The notes beneath the pieces are model-generated. The model had not been told where the DNA came from and made no database searches. It saw nothing but the letters and a program-made list of their open reading frames with translations. A stretch of 64,000 bases of DNA from Cyanobacteria bacterium P01_F01_bin.150 (GTDB lineage Bacteria > Cyanobacteriota > Cyanobacteriia > CAKZMO01): assembly GCA_039189765.1 (NCBI GenBank), contig JBCCYL010000012.1, forward strand, positions 42,798 to 106,797, read 5' to 3'. Positions within the stretch are counted from its first letter, which is position 1. The number at the start of each line of letters is the position of its first letter. Of the stretch, positions 28,940 to 39,900 are shown piece by piece. Made by a program: the position numbers and the translations under genes.

Positions 28940-29380
28940 GTGATGAGCTTAGATGTATATCTGTCCAGAGAGGTTTCTGTTCCGCTGAGTGACGTGAAGA
29001 TAACAGTAGAGGGTGGATTAACTCTGAGTGTAGACGAATTCAATAAGCGCTACAAGGACCATTCGATCCAGGGTGTCAGCATATTAAATGAAGAAGAAGT
29101 ATTCTGGCGCAACATCACACATAACTTGAATGCGATGGCTAAGGCAGCGGGATTGTATCAGTGCATGTGGTGCCCTGAGGACGTAGGGATAAAATATGCC
29201 CGTGACTTGATTGAGCCATTGACTAATGGTCTGAAAAATTTAACATGTGAGCCGTCTCGATTCACCATCTACAATCCCTCAAATGGGTGGGGTGAATACG
29301 GCGATCTAGTCAACTTTGCCCATGCATATTTGGAGGCTTGCAAAAAATATCCAGATAGCGTTATCAGTGTGTCCAGATAA
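28940..29380 (+). CDS. Phage hypothetical protein
   Basis: MSLDVYL...NITHNLNAMA...NPSNGWG...ACKKYPD. Confidence 0.7.
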   Translation: MMSLDVYLSREVSVPLSDVKITVEGGLTLSVDEFNKRYKDHSIQGVSILNEEEVFWRNITHNLNAMAKAAGLYQCMWCPEDVGIKYARDLIEPLTNGLKNLTCEPSRFTIYNPSNGWGEYGDLVNFAHAYLEACKKYPDSVISVSR

Positions 29381-29406
29381 AGCAATTGTTTATAGAGGAA
29401 TGACTC

Positions 29407-29700
29407 ATGACTGAACAGAATCAAGATATTCGCGTTGAAGCCCGTACTGCATCAGATCTGTGCAAAGAGATTCTGGAGTTAGACGGAAAAAGGAAGTCTT
29501 TAAGCCAGATGCTGAGTGAAGCTGACAAGCAATTAGAGCGGTTGTTTAAGCAATTGAGAAATGAGTATATCAATGATGACCATGAGATGGCACCTACTCT
29601 CGTAGAAGTTGATGGAGAAGAATACATCCTACTCAGAGAATCGGCAGGCCAAACACCTAACATTATCAACACTAAAGCACTTCGAAGGTTAGACTCATGA
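29407..29700 (+). CDS. Hypothetical coiled-coil protein
   Basis: GAGG RBS; helical N-terminus. Confidence 0.55.
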   Translation: MTEQNQDIRVEARTASDLCKEILELDGKRKSLSQMLSEADKQLERLFKQLRNEYINDDHEMAPTLVEVDGEEYILLRESAGQTPNIINTKALRRLDS

Positions 29701-29933
29701 CCATTCCAACACCCGCACTAGAAATAACCATATCAGCTCCCGCTGACACAACCGACGAGCAACTGAAGGCGATCGCCCGGCAAGCTGCATTCTGCTCCGA
29801 TTTGCTACACCGCTCATACGGCGGCAATGGGTTGCAAGTTGAAAAGGTAGAAGCGCTAGACCCAGATGACGATGTGGCGCAGTGGTTAGATATGTTGTTG
29901 GAGGAGGATCCGTATTTCAATGCCACACCTTAA
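29697..29933 (+). CDS. Hypothetical protein
   Basis: ATGA-coupled ORF. Confidence 0.55.
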   Translation: MTIPTPALEITISAPADTTDEQLKAIARQAAFCSDLLHRSYGGNGLQVEKVEALDPDDDVAQWLDMLLEEDPYFNATP

Positions 29934-30225
29934 ATTGAATTTGTTTCATCTCCAATACAACGGCCCCATTGAGTACGGCACACCGCTGCACTTTTCGGGG
30001 ACGTGGGAGGAATTACAATGTCTTGATGTGCTGCCAGGATACGAGACTGAAAAGCGACTACTGATTGACGGGAGTAGCGATCGTGCATTCTGGTGCAATA
30101 CCCCACACGATGATGTCGAATTTCGATATGAAGATATGATTGCTCGTGCTCGATACGTGAGAAAGTGCGTTCCACAGCCTCACCCAGTTGTGATGATATT
30201 GCCGGATGTCTTTAGGTCTATCTAG
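29920..30225 (+). CDS. Hypothetical protein
   Basis: GGAGG RBS; overlaps the upstream ORF. Confidence 0.5.
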   Translation: MPHLKLNLFHLQYNGPIEYGTPLHFSGTWEELQCLDVLPGYETEKRLLIDGSSDRAFWCNTPHDDVEFRYEDMIARARYVRKCVPQPHPVVMILPDVFRSI

Positions 30226-30266
30226 ATTAGGATATTCTTGGTCACTCAGCGGTATCGGCAATTTCA

Positions 30267-30560
30267 TCAATCTAAATCCTCCAAATAACGCCCAAATTTT
30301 TCTCTCATCTCCCGAAACGCAGCCACTAGCCCCACTGGCTCATAGTTCACAACCGCATCCACAACGAACGACACTATCGCCCCTTCCTCATCCCATTCTG
30401 CCACGCCAGAGAGTGCTACTTCTTGGCGCAGCTTTGCCGTGAGTTGTTGGGCGATTCCACCATTTGCGGTGATGGCGATCACGTCCCCTGAGTGCAGCTT
30501 TAGCTCAGTGGGAGTTGTCAGGGTGCCGTATAGAGTAGTGGTGCCGATGAGGTGGGTCAT
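30267..30560 (-). CDS. Hypothetical OB-fold-like protein
   Basis: 97-aa beta-rich ORF. Confidence 0.5.
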   Translation of the reverse strand: MTHLIGTTTLYGTLTTPTELKLHSGDVIAITANGGIAQQLTAKLRQEVALSGVAEWDEEGAIVSFVVDAVVNYEPVGLVAAFREMREKFGRYLEDLD

Positions 30561-30641
30561 TACTTGGGTCTTGTTGGGTGTAAATAATTCTCCGACTTGA
30601 AATCGGAGAATTCCAAATGCTTGCCAATCAATGAATAGAGG

Positions 30642-31409
30642 CTATGCTGCTCCTTCTGCGTGTCCATGATGTGTGCTGTGACATTGACGACACAATACTG
30701 TTAAGTCTGATAGCGCTTCATCTCCTCTTCGCTCATAAGTGCGATGATGAACGTCTAAAATGCCTTTGGAGTTACAAACCTGGCAAGCATATCCAGCGCG
30801 TTTTAATGCTACTTGCCTAATGGATTGCCAATGATCAGTTTTGAGATATTCGCAATAAGGCATTGTCCGAAGACGATCGCGCTTTGCCTGTTCTTCCGCA
30901 TCTTTGCGCCTCCATTCTTTATGCATAGCCTCTTTTTCGGATATTTCTTTGGCCTTTTGTTTCTCCTGGCAGCGAGGACACATGAACTCTGTCTTGCTGT
31001 CACGCCAACAAGTTTGAGATTGAAGCTTTGACTGCAACGCTGAACGATTAGCGCGGCTAGTAACTTCTATCAAAAATTCGTTGGCGTGACAGCAAATGCA
31101 CTTCCCTCTTAGATTCGCAGGCCCAACAACCTTATAAAGCATGCAAGTTGGTATGCCAAGAATACCAGCAATTGCCGGAGTATTAATGGATGGATGGTGC
31201 CAATAAAGATTTCTTGCTATTTCTAAGCGTTCATCTTCGTCTGTAATATCAAGGTTGTCGATCCAATAGTTCTTTATCTGTCCTTTTATCTGCTTGAGGT
31301 TTTCCTCTAATTGCTCTTGCTGTTCAATTAGTTCCAGAAATGATTTAGCCAATTCATCTGTAGCGGTTGCATCTTGAGAAATGCCTTGATGTTTTTGATT
31401 GTGTGTCAT
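30642..31409 (-). CDS. HNH endonuclease domain protein with zinc ribbon
   Basis: YLKTDHWQ...CQVC...LDVHHRTY...DLTVLCRQCHSTHH. Confidence 0.88.
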   Translation of the reverse strand: MTHNQKHQGISQDATATDELAKSFLELIEQQEQLEENLKQIKGQIKNYWIDNLDITDEDERLEIARNLYWHHPSINTPAIAGILGIPTCMLYKVVGPANLRGKCICCHANEFLIEVTSRANRSALQSKLQSQTCWRDSKTEFMCPRCQEKQKAKEISEKEAMHKEWRRKDAEEQAKRDRLRTMPYCEYLKTDHWQSIRQVALKRAGYACQVCNSKGILDVHHRTYERRGDEALSDLTVLCRQCHSTHHGHAEGAA

Positions 31410-31549
31410 AATTTAATTAAGTTGAATTTAGTTTTTACCTTTAACTAAGTTGATGAACCGCCTACGAATGAAATTCATGGCGGTTTTTCCATATCTATTT
31501 TATCTCATCCCACTGGCCATAACCCGCTTCAGCCAACAACTTAAGCCCT

Positions 31550-31807
31550 ATGCAACTATCCGTAAACTTAGAGCCAGATCTGTACAATGACACCGCTTAT
31601 CAAGCATTCCTCGAAGACCTGGCCACCAATCCCCCACCCATCAAGACAGCATCGGTGAAGCGGTGGAAGGGACACGCGGAGAAGCCATGTGAAAACCCCG
31701 CCCTCTATTTTGTCGAGGTACGGGGCATGAGGGGGCGATCGGGTTATATGCGGTGCCGTCAATGTGGGATGTTTGACGGCTGGGTGGATTGCAATTCGCC
31801 TCAGTGA
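31550..31807 (+). CDS. Small zinc-ribbon protein
   Basis: HxxxxC and CRQC motifs. Confidence 0.5.
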   Translation: MQLSVNLEPDLYNDTAYQAFLEDLATNPPPIKTASVKRWKGHAEKPCENPALYFVEVRGMRGRSGYMRCRQCGMFDGWVDCNSPQ

Positions 31808-32076
31808 GTTTCAATTTTGGGGCTGATTTTGAGATTAGAGGAGATTAGGTGGGTCCGAGTGCAACATAGCCGCGCCCCACACTGCTTTTGAATACCCTAA
31901 ATTGTATTGCCCTTCAGCCCAGTGAGCTAAGGAGCTATTGCAATCTGGGCAATATTCTTCGTATTCGACTACTACTCCGGAAATCTGTACCTGGTTGCGA
32001 GTACTAATTGCGTCTTTAGAGAAGCATTTGCAGCAACGCTTAGCCATACCGTTGCTGTAATAGAAATCGGTAAAAT

Positions 32077-32715
32077 TCACAGTTCCGCCAAACTCCTCCA
32101 CAGCTCTTCTTTTTCTTCCATCAAATCGTCTAGTATCTCCAGTTCCACACAAGGAAACTGAATGAAATCTTTAGCCCAATGGAAACGACATCCAAACCGT
32201 TCTGCCATTTCTTCATCAGAATCGCGATCGCCAACGTACAGCACTTGTTCAGGGTTAAGCACATCATACTCATCTAGCGAATCAATGTCTTGACCCCAGC
32301 ATGCATGATTGTTGTAGGCGTATAGGGCAACATCAGCCATGCCGAAATTAGGCTTACGATAACCTTGGCTGCTCCAATATTTAGGGTTGCAACCTCCATC
32401 AGTGCGGTTTTCTTGCGCAACTCTAGACCAAAGCATCCACCATGGACGCCTAACGTGAACTATATCGTTGCCCGTCTCATCAATATTTGGGCAAAAGTAC
32501 ACATCATCAATGGGTGGACATATCCTCAGCAAATACCTCATCTCTGCAATTTTCTGACGGACAGTACTGTGCGGCTTGCCTGTCTCAGGGTTGATCGCCT
32601 CACAGCCCCCTTGATTAGATATGGCGCTAATTCGGCAGCCACGGTGTTTGTATTCCGTCAGCCTCTCAAGAGCACCATCAATAAGGCGCTGGTCTTGGGG
32701 CGAATTGGGGCATGG
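32077..32715 (-). pseudogene. 5'-truncated HAD IIIA phosphatase (PNKP/GmhB-like)
   Basis: The frame stays open upstream of ATG 32541 (PQDQRLIDGALERL...AISNQGG) to a TGA at 32716-32718. RKPNFGM and YVGDRDSD are present; the N-terminal DxDGT motif and a start codon are missing. Confidence 0.75.
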
Positions 32716-33682
32716 TCATTTCTTGAAGTGGGTTGAGCTTGAATTTAAGTGGTCGGGACGTCAAGCACAAAGATTGATGGTGATTGGCACTGAGTTTTCA
32801 AATGTGACTGATCAGTCACATTTGCCGACGGGGACTAATCCCGCCTATGCTCTTGCATCAGCTTTGTCTAAACAGGATGAAGAAGATAAAGCTGAGTTGC
32901 TCGGCCATTATCAGCAAGCTTTGTCTGCAAAACAAGTAAGTGCAGTCGCTGATAATAGAGTACGGGCTTCCAATGGCCAAAAACCAAAGTCTATTCCTCA
33001 ATCTTTAACCGAGTCTGAGATAAAAGCTTTAGTTGCTGAACGAGATCGGCTAAAACAGGAGGTTGAAGAAGCAAAGCGACAAGCCGACACCCAAGCCCTA
33101 GATGAGGCGGAAATGGCTGAATTCTTGAGGCAAGAGATTGAAGCTGATTCCCGCAAGGAAATCGACGCGCTGGAAGACCAGATTAGAGGTGAAGCGGAGA
33201 AGGTTATTTTAGCCAAAGATCGGGAGCTGAAGAAAAAAGAAGCGGAGGTAAAAGCCGCAAATCTTGAACTTCTCCAGTTCAAGCGGAATCCCGACCCAAA
33301 AACGAAGCAAAAAATCGATGATCTCTTAACCAAAATGGTTTCCTTGCGAGAGGATGAGTCGGCATTGGCCATTGAACTAAAGCAGCTAAAGGAGAAGCTA
33401 GATAAGGGGCGTGATGCCGCATATTCGGTTTCATTGCTGGCTGAGTCTGTAAAACAGGCTATTGCAGAGCATCATGGGGCGATCGCCAAATTAAATAACC
33501 CAAGCATCCCCCAGATGTCCCTTGACCAAGCTGAAGAACTAGCGAATCTACTCGATGACACTTCTGCCAGGATCAAGGAGAAATTACGCATGGCTCCTAT
33601 TGTTGCTGCGGGAGTTGATATCTCCAAGCTGTTAAACGATAGAGAAGGATCTCAAACTGTTATTGACATTCAGGCTTCATGA
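32702..33682 (+). pseudogene. 5'-truncated DUF3102-like coiled-coil protein
   Basis: Recognisable sequence starts abruptly at ELGHGHFLKWVELEFKWSGRQAQRLM. The track N-terminus (32621-32701) is antisense of the HAD gene. Confidence 0.65.
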
Positions 33683-33715
33683 TCGCTCGCCAAAAGTTGA
33701 TAGGCGATTGATTTC

Positions 33716-33756
33716 GGGTGAAGTTGTCCAAAAAGCATACAACTTCACCCTTGTTC
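33716..33756 (+). terminator. Hairpin, likely terminator
   Basis: 12-bp arms GGGTGAAGTTGT/ACAACTTCACCC followed by TTGTT. Confidence 0.55.
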
Positions 33757-33781
33757 ATCTATTTAATGTGGGCAAAGCATT

Positions 33782-34486
33782 ATGAGAAAAGAAATTACTG
33801 CAGAACGAATATTAGAGGCCAGAGAACGGATTGGCGATGTTAACGATCGTCGATTTGAGGGCATCTACGCATTAATGTTGCAATGTGGGTTGGTTGGCTT
33901 CAGAATGGCCGTAAACCAAGCTGTTGGAGGTCAGGGCGAGCTCATACAAAATGACTCTGCAAAGATCTGGCTAGAGGCTCGATACCACGACATTCCATTA
34001 AGTCAAATATCATTTAAGGAGGTACAAGCCGAATGGCATCGCGGCCTTAACAATCGTCACAAATGGTACCGATGGCTAGACAAAATACAATTGCATCATG
34101 ACATTTCTGGACTGGTGCCTTTCACCGTGGAGTTCCAAGGACGGACGCTAGAAACGCTGGAACAGCATGAATGGCTTGAGCGGACCAGCGACGACAGTCA
34201 AAAGCTAAGAGACGAGAAGCGTAAGGTCGTGCATTTTTTTACAGACTCAGCGCATTTGAATCCAGGGTGGCACTTGATGACTGACGAAGGATCAAACGCA
34301 CAGCCTGCAACTCTTGACCAAATCGCGATCGCTGCCAATTTTTACGAATTCGCTGATTGTTCGAATTGGATGAATAGCGACCAGTTGCATCTACGGCTAT
34401 ACACCCCAGAATCTGATCGGCAGGGCTGTCAAATGCGATGCCCTCACGATGGGTTTGTGCTGTACAAAGATGTTTATTACATGTAG
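33782..34486 (+). CDS. Hypothetical protein (paralogue of 34572-35129)
   Basis: Shares H(D/N)ISGL and L-x-x-T-x-DD...L(R/K)xE...FF motifs with the next gene. Confidence 0.7.
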   Translation: MRKEITAERILEARERIGDVNDRRFEGIYALMLQCGLVGFRMAVNQAVGGQGELIQNDSAKIWLEARYHDIPLSQISFKEVQAEWHRGLNNRHKWYRWLDKIQLHHDISGLVPFTVEFQGRTLETLEQHEWLERTSDDSQKLRDEKRKVVHFFTDSAHLNPGWHLMTDEGSNAQPATLDQIAIAANFYEFADCSNWMNSDQLHLRLYTPESDRQGCQMRCPHDGFVLYKDVYYM

Positions 34487-34571
34487 CCTCATGTAACTAA
34501 AAACAACTCAAGAATTAATCGCCATTCTCAGGGGTGAAAGAAACGCCTTTGTTCGTGGTGACAAAAACATC

Positions 34572-35129
34572 ATGGCCCCGTGGTCGAAAGATGTGGAGTC
34601 CGCTGTAGAGAGAATGGCAGCGGGGACTCTTGCCGGATTTATTGGAGTACAGGGTGCGTGGAATGTTTGCGGATACCACGACATACGAGATCAAATTCAA
34701 GCGTATCAACGAGAACACAATATATCGGGTCTTATCCAAAAGGAGATATCACTGGCTGGCAAAACTATCATTGTTCACGGTCCGGATGACCAACTGATAC
34801 TGACAGAAGACGATGTTGCCATTCTCAAGCGAGAGTGCAAGCGTAATCTTCAATTTTTCTGCCGTTATGCAGTCAAGACGGATCAAGGTATTGCTTACGA
34901 AATCTACGATGAGAAAAACGGCGGCGAATACCCTGTTAAGCTCACAATGCGCTCATTCCGTGAAATGGCTATGTGGATGGATTGGGCAATTCTCAGCATC
35001 GGCAGGACTATAACTATCAAAGATGAGAGTCCACATTTAAACATTCAGATAGGGTATGGGGATTATCATAAAGCGCCCTACAAGGATAAAAGTTCTAATA
35101 TCTGGCTTTTCGAGATCCCGATACTCTGA
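34572..35129 (+). CDS. Hypothetical protein (paralogue of 33782-34486)
   Basis: YHDI...EHNISGL...LILTEDDVAILKRE...QFF. Confidence 0.65.
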   Translation: MAPWSKDVESAVERMAAGTLAGFIGVQGAWNVCGYHDIRDQIQAYQREHNISGLIQKEISLAGKTIIVHGPDDQLILTEDDVAILKRECKRNLQFFCRYAVKTDQGIAYEIYDEKNGGEYPVKLTMRSFREMAMWMDWAILSIGRTITIKDESPHLNIQIGYGDYHKAPYKDKSSNIWLFEIPIL

Positions 35130-35326
35130 CAACACAAGGGGAGAACTGGAAGCTATGCCAGTCATGGCTAGTGACAAAGTGTCACTAGCCCCTAACCCAC
35201 CTTACTCCCACGCCTCACGGTAACGTTAACGGACGATCCACATTGCGCGTACCGTCCGGACACTTCCCTCAATCCTTACGCCTCCCTCTCGCTGCCATGA
35301 AAATCCCGTGATATTCGGGTGTGCTG

Positions 35327-35372
35327 ATCTGCCCCTGGCGTTCTGAGTGAATGCTGGGGGCAGATTTTTATT
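35327..35372 (+). terminator. Intrinsic terminator-like hairpin
   Basis: 17-bp stem with G-U pairs on the plus strand (35327-35343 / 35349-35365), followed by TTTTATT. Confidence 0.7.
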
Positions 35373-35385
35373 GAGAGAGGCTCCC

Positions 35386-35604
35386 ATGCAGAAAAAGCCG
35401 CGAAAACATCCAGTGCCGAATCCTCACTTGGAAGAGCTGAAGCGTCTGAATAAAACGTTAGGCAACATTGAGCAAGACTTAGAACAGATAAATAAGCGCC
35501 TTAACAAGCCCATCGATCTTGTAGACCAAATAGCAAAAGGCGTAGTTTTAGCAGGCGTCGCTTGGGCGATTCTTATTGTGTTGTTGCAAATAATATTTGG
35601 ATGA
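35386..35604 (+). CDS. Small coiled-coil protein with C-terminal TM
   Basis: GAGG RBS before ATG 35386; hydrophobic C-terminus. Confidence 0.6.
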   Translation: MQKKPRKHPVPNPHLEELKRLNKTLGNIEQDLEQINKRLNKPIDLVDQIAKGVVLAGVAWAILIVLLQIIFG

Positions 35605-35611
35605 ATAAACT

Positions 35612-35902
35612 ATGGAAATATCCAAATACCTACCCAGGGAAATGTCGGGTTGGATTGCTTATATGAGCATTGCTATTGTAGCGGTGGGAGCGGTTAGAAT
35701 TACGTGGAAGTTTTTCAACCCACCTATACCAGAAGCTGAGCGACTTGCTGAGTGCGCAAAACTACAAGAAATATTGCAAAAGGTGTATGTCGAAAGATTT
35801 GATCGACTGCAAGCTGATGAAGGCTTTCAGCACCCTGATCTAAATCAACAAGAATTAATGCTGAAAAACGAGATGACCAAATTGGGCTGCGAAGTAGAAT
35901 AA
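35612..35902 (+). CDS. Small membrane protein
   Basis: N-terminal TM helix. Confidence 0.6.
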   Translation: MEISKYLPREMSGWIAYMSIAIVAVGAVRITWKFFNPPIPEAERLAECAKLQEILQKVYVERFDRLQADEGFQHPDLNQQELMLKNEMTKLGCEVE

Positions 35903-36072
35903 CCCTTAGCCACTCCTTTTCCCCCGACTAACAGTCACACTGGGGATTTTGAGTGTGCCTTGCTGGCTAACAATCTCCTGCACTAGCTGGCCATTCTCGA
36001 ATGATGAGCTGGTCCTTGCTTCGCGGAGTTGTAGTAGGTAGCGTAAACCGTCGCGTACTGTGGGTTGGGTCA

Positions 36073-36489
36073 TTAGGTTCTGTCCCAGTCAACTATATTT
36101 TTTACAATGCCCTTTTGGTAAAGCCACGCTCTTAATCTGTGAGTCCATCCGCTTCTATACATTGTTGGCTTAGTGTTCGTCTTTATTTCTATTGCTGGGG
36201 AGTCGCTTCTCATCGTGAATTCATCTATAGATATGCTCTCGGCCTGGATCTGCACGATGAATTCATCGTGCAGAGATTCAAAGACGATTTGATAACTTGG
36301 TTGAGCATTGCCTAGCGAATAAATAACTGGTGACAAAAAACTTATCAATTCATTGCTCTGAAGCGTCACTGAATAATTGGTACCCAATGTAATGCCCTGA
36401 AAGTGAGGATAATTTGTGTATGGTCCATGCACACGAACTGCTTCAAAATAGCGATCTCTATCGTTGCCGTTTTTTATCCAAACTTTCAT
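36073..36489 (-). CDS. Hypothetical protein
   Basis: ATGA-coupled to the upstream gene. Confidence 0.55.
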   Translation of the reverse strand: MKVWIKNGNDRDRYFEAVRVHGPYTNYPHFQGITLGTNYSVTLQSNELISFLSPVIYSLGNAQPSYQIVFESLHDEFIVQIQAESISIDEFTMRSDSPAIEIKTNTKPTMYRSGWTHRLRAWLYQKGIVKNIVDWDRT

Positions 36490-36986
36490 CTTCTTAATGG
36501 CTTTTCTATAAACTCAAATGCATATCCATCATAAATATTTTCTCCCCCAGTTCCCAGATTTGCTTGGGATGCTCTTGGCTTTGGCGGCAACTCCAACCAC
36601 CATTGGCGGATTGTAAACCCTTGGATGCGATCAGCAGGGTCTATTTCGCAACCGTCATGAACGGTAAGATAGTAAGCTCCAGATGATTCAGCATCGTCAA
36701 GAAGCTCTTCTATGACGTCTCTGACGATAATAAATCCAGACGTTACTTCCACTTGGATTCTGTTTTCTAAATTAGGCTTCCGGAACAGCTCCCCGCTTAG
36801 TCCTGTCACCTTACCTCTTTGCCCGATACTCCGATATTGCGCGGTATATCCCCCCACAGGAACCTTGAGCACCATTTTGTTGTTGGTCGTGTCGAAGATA
36901 GAAGCGTAGACAGCATTGACCCCCGTCGAATAATGGCTCACCCTGTCAGAGGCCATGGGAAACGAAATAGTGTTTAGAAATGCCAT
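36486..36986 (-). CDS. Distal-tail-like protein (positional call)
   Basis: 166 aa, immediately downstream of the tape measure; beta-rich. Confidence 0.5.
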   Translation of the reverse strand: MAFLNTISFPMASDRVSHYSTGVNAVYASIFDTTNNKMVLKVPVGGYTAQYRSIGQRGKVTGLSGELFRKPNLENRIQVEVTSGFIIVRDVIEELLDDAESSGAYYLTVHDGCEIDPADRIQGFTIRQWWLELPPKPRASQANLGTGGENIYDGYAFEFIEKPLRR

Positions 36987-36989
36987 AAG

Positions 36990-39900
36990 TTAAAGCCTCT
37001 GACTGAGCATGTTGTTTACAAGGTCAGTAGTAGTTTTAGCAATCTGTTCACGGTCGGGTTCAATGTTCACTTCTTGCCGCTCAATATTCAGCGTGGGTCC
37101 ACCGCTACTCCCATCCTGAATGGCAGCAGTCAACTTATCGAGTGCTCCTATAAGGCGATCGCTAGACTGCATGAATCCGTCGAAGTTGAGGCTAGGCTGG
37201 GCAAGCTCAGGTCGGGTCAGTTCGTTGGCGAGTGCTTCGGGGTCAGTGTTTATATTCTGCGATAGTGCCCGCCGTGCCCGTTCCGCTTCACGGTTCTGAA
37301 TGCCAAGATCAGCAAGTCCTACTAAATCGCCCCGTCCGGCTTGTGAGAGAAATTGTGATGTAAATGCGTTGTCCGTATCAAGCAGTCCCCTAATCGTGCC
37401 AGCGTCAGAACGTCGTGAGAAACGTTCTGCTTCAGATAACCCTGATCTAGCTTCCTCTGCTTGGCGATCGGATAAAATACCAGCTTGCCGAGCTGTGCGA
37501 ATGTTGGACCTGATCTGTTCAAAGGCTTCGTCATTCACTTCTCCAGTAGCCGAACCCAATGCAGAGGCGATCGCATCAACAGTAGGCAGTAGTTCCTCGA
37601 ACTGGCTTCTGATGCCATCTAGTCGTAATTCATTGATTTCTACTAAATTATCTTTTAGCGCAGAGAATTCCAGTTTGGTTAATTCTCCGGTTTCAAGCAA
37701 TCCTTCAATCTCGTCCAGTTCTGCACTGAACTCAAACGCTATGCTGGTAGATTCTTGTTCAGCTTGGGCCAGTAATCGTGCTCGACCTTGAGCCCGCTGT
37801 AATCCAAGATTAAACTGAGAGGACTGCTGACTGGCTCTCTCTACATTGATCGCTGCATCCCCTTCGCCAATCCTCCTTTGTGCAGCAATCCGGCGATCGC
37901 GCTCTGCATCCTGGAATTCTTGAATCAGCCGTAATCGTTGCGCCTCAAATAGTTCAGCGTTTTGGCCTATCTGATCGTCCGCACGGTCTAGAGCTGATTC
38001 AAACTGAGAGATGCGCTGATTCAGATCGGGCAGAATGGCCAGCGCCTCTTCCCCAATCAGCCCCGATGCCACGCCCTGCAATAACTGTTGTCGTACTGCC
38101 CGTGTTTCTGCAACGGTGTCTTCTAAGCCACGCTTGAATTGCTCCAGATCCCGGTTAGTGTCCTGGAACTGATCAGAGATGGATAGCAACCCAGATTCAA
38201 GCTCACGCAATGGGTTGCTATCTCCTATGCTTTGGCCAATATCGCGCAACTGACGTGCAAACCCATCAGACTGCTCTGCAACAGTGCGCTGACCTTCCTC
38301 AAGCTGTCGGGCAATAGATGCGATTGCTGTGTCTACTTCGAGTGATGCGTTGTCAGCTTGTGTAGCCAGATTACGATCAATAGCAGCTAACTGTTCATCA
38401 CGGGAACGTTGGGCCAAATCATTCGCTGCAATAATGTCGTCGTTTTGAAATGCAGTTCCATCCAGTTGGCCGAACTGTGGTGCAGCTACCTGAAGGTTGC
38501 TGAAGTCAGGTGAAGTATTTTCTCTGGATGGCTCGCCAAGGAATGAACCTCCTCCAAACGCTTGCTCGGGGGTGAGTTCGATCACTCTGGTGACGGGCTG
38601 CTGGTTTAGTGATTGAGGGGTGGGTAACCCTGTTGCTGGGTCAGGGCCAAGACCAGCGTTAAAGCTAAACTCATCAGCCTGCCGTTGTAGATCACGGGCA
38701 CCGCGCAATGAGTCTTCCAGTTGGCGTTCTATGCCGTTGCGTTGGTTGATGGCTTCTAGCTCATCCAGCAATGGCTGGCGTAGCGATTCGATTAGCCCAG
38801 TGAAAGTGTCGCCAATGCCAGAAACGAAGCTATCTTCAAGCCCCAGCAATTCACGGCGAATATCATTGGAAATCTCCTGAGTGGCGTTCTGAAAATCCTG
38901 CGATATGATTTCACCTGCCACGTCCTCAGCGCTGCGAAGTGCATCACGGTAGAAGTCGGATATTTGTTCGGAGAGGTCACGGTATTGGAGGGCAAGGTCA
39001 CGGGCTTGATCATTGAGGTCTGTGCGTGCTTGGACTAGCTGGGCATCAAGCTCGATAGTCTGTGCTGACAGCTCTTTCAATTGTGCCGATTCCTCGGCAA
39101 ACTGTTGTGTAATCAGCACTTCGTCTGTTTCTTTCGCTTGTTCCAGCCTTGTCAGAATTTCATTGGCCCCTTGGCTGGCGTCTACGGCTTCAACTAACTG
39201 GAAAGCGTTGTTAATTCGCTCATCATTGAGTACCTTGACCACTTGTTCCATCTGCATCTTGTTGATGCGCAGTTGGGCTTCAATATCAGATATTTCTGCC
39301 TCCGACTGAAGCTGTTGTCTAGCTTGAGATCCTACACCTTGCCCAGCGATCGCCGCCCTTAGCCTAGAATTGGCTGCGTCAATCTGCTGATCTAATCGTA
39401 GATCTTCTGATTGCGCCCTGATCAATGAAAACTCACGATTCAGCTTGGCGGACTCAGCTACATTGGTCTTGGTTGCGTTAGCTATGCGATCCTGCTCTTT
39501 GGCGATATCTTCCAAGAGCTTCTGGGTTTGATCGATCTCTCTTCTGTAGTCAGCCGCATTCTCTGGGTCTAATGCTATCTGTCCCTGCAAGTTGGACAGG
39601 TCGGTTTGCAGTAATTGCTGTTGAGTAGCCAATGTTGACTGTGCACTGCCTACGACACGGGCTTGTCCTTCTCTCCGCGACAGCAGATCTTCTCTCTGCC
39701 TGCGAAGTGCGGCTTTTTCTTGTGCGTTAGTAGCATTACGGATTTGTGCAGAGAGCGCTGCATCTTGCTGATCAATATCATTCAGTTCAGCGATCGCTTG
39801 AGTTACATCCGGGCCAAAAGCACTCGCTGCTAATGTTTGATCTACTGTAGATTGCAACTGATTCCTAGCGATCGTTTGTGCATCATTCTGGCGTTCTCTA

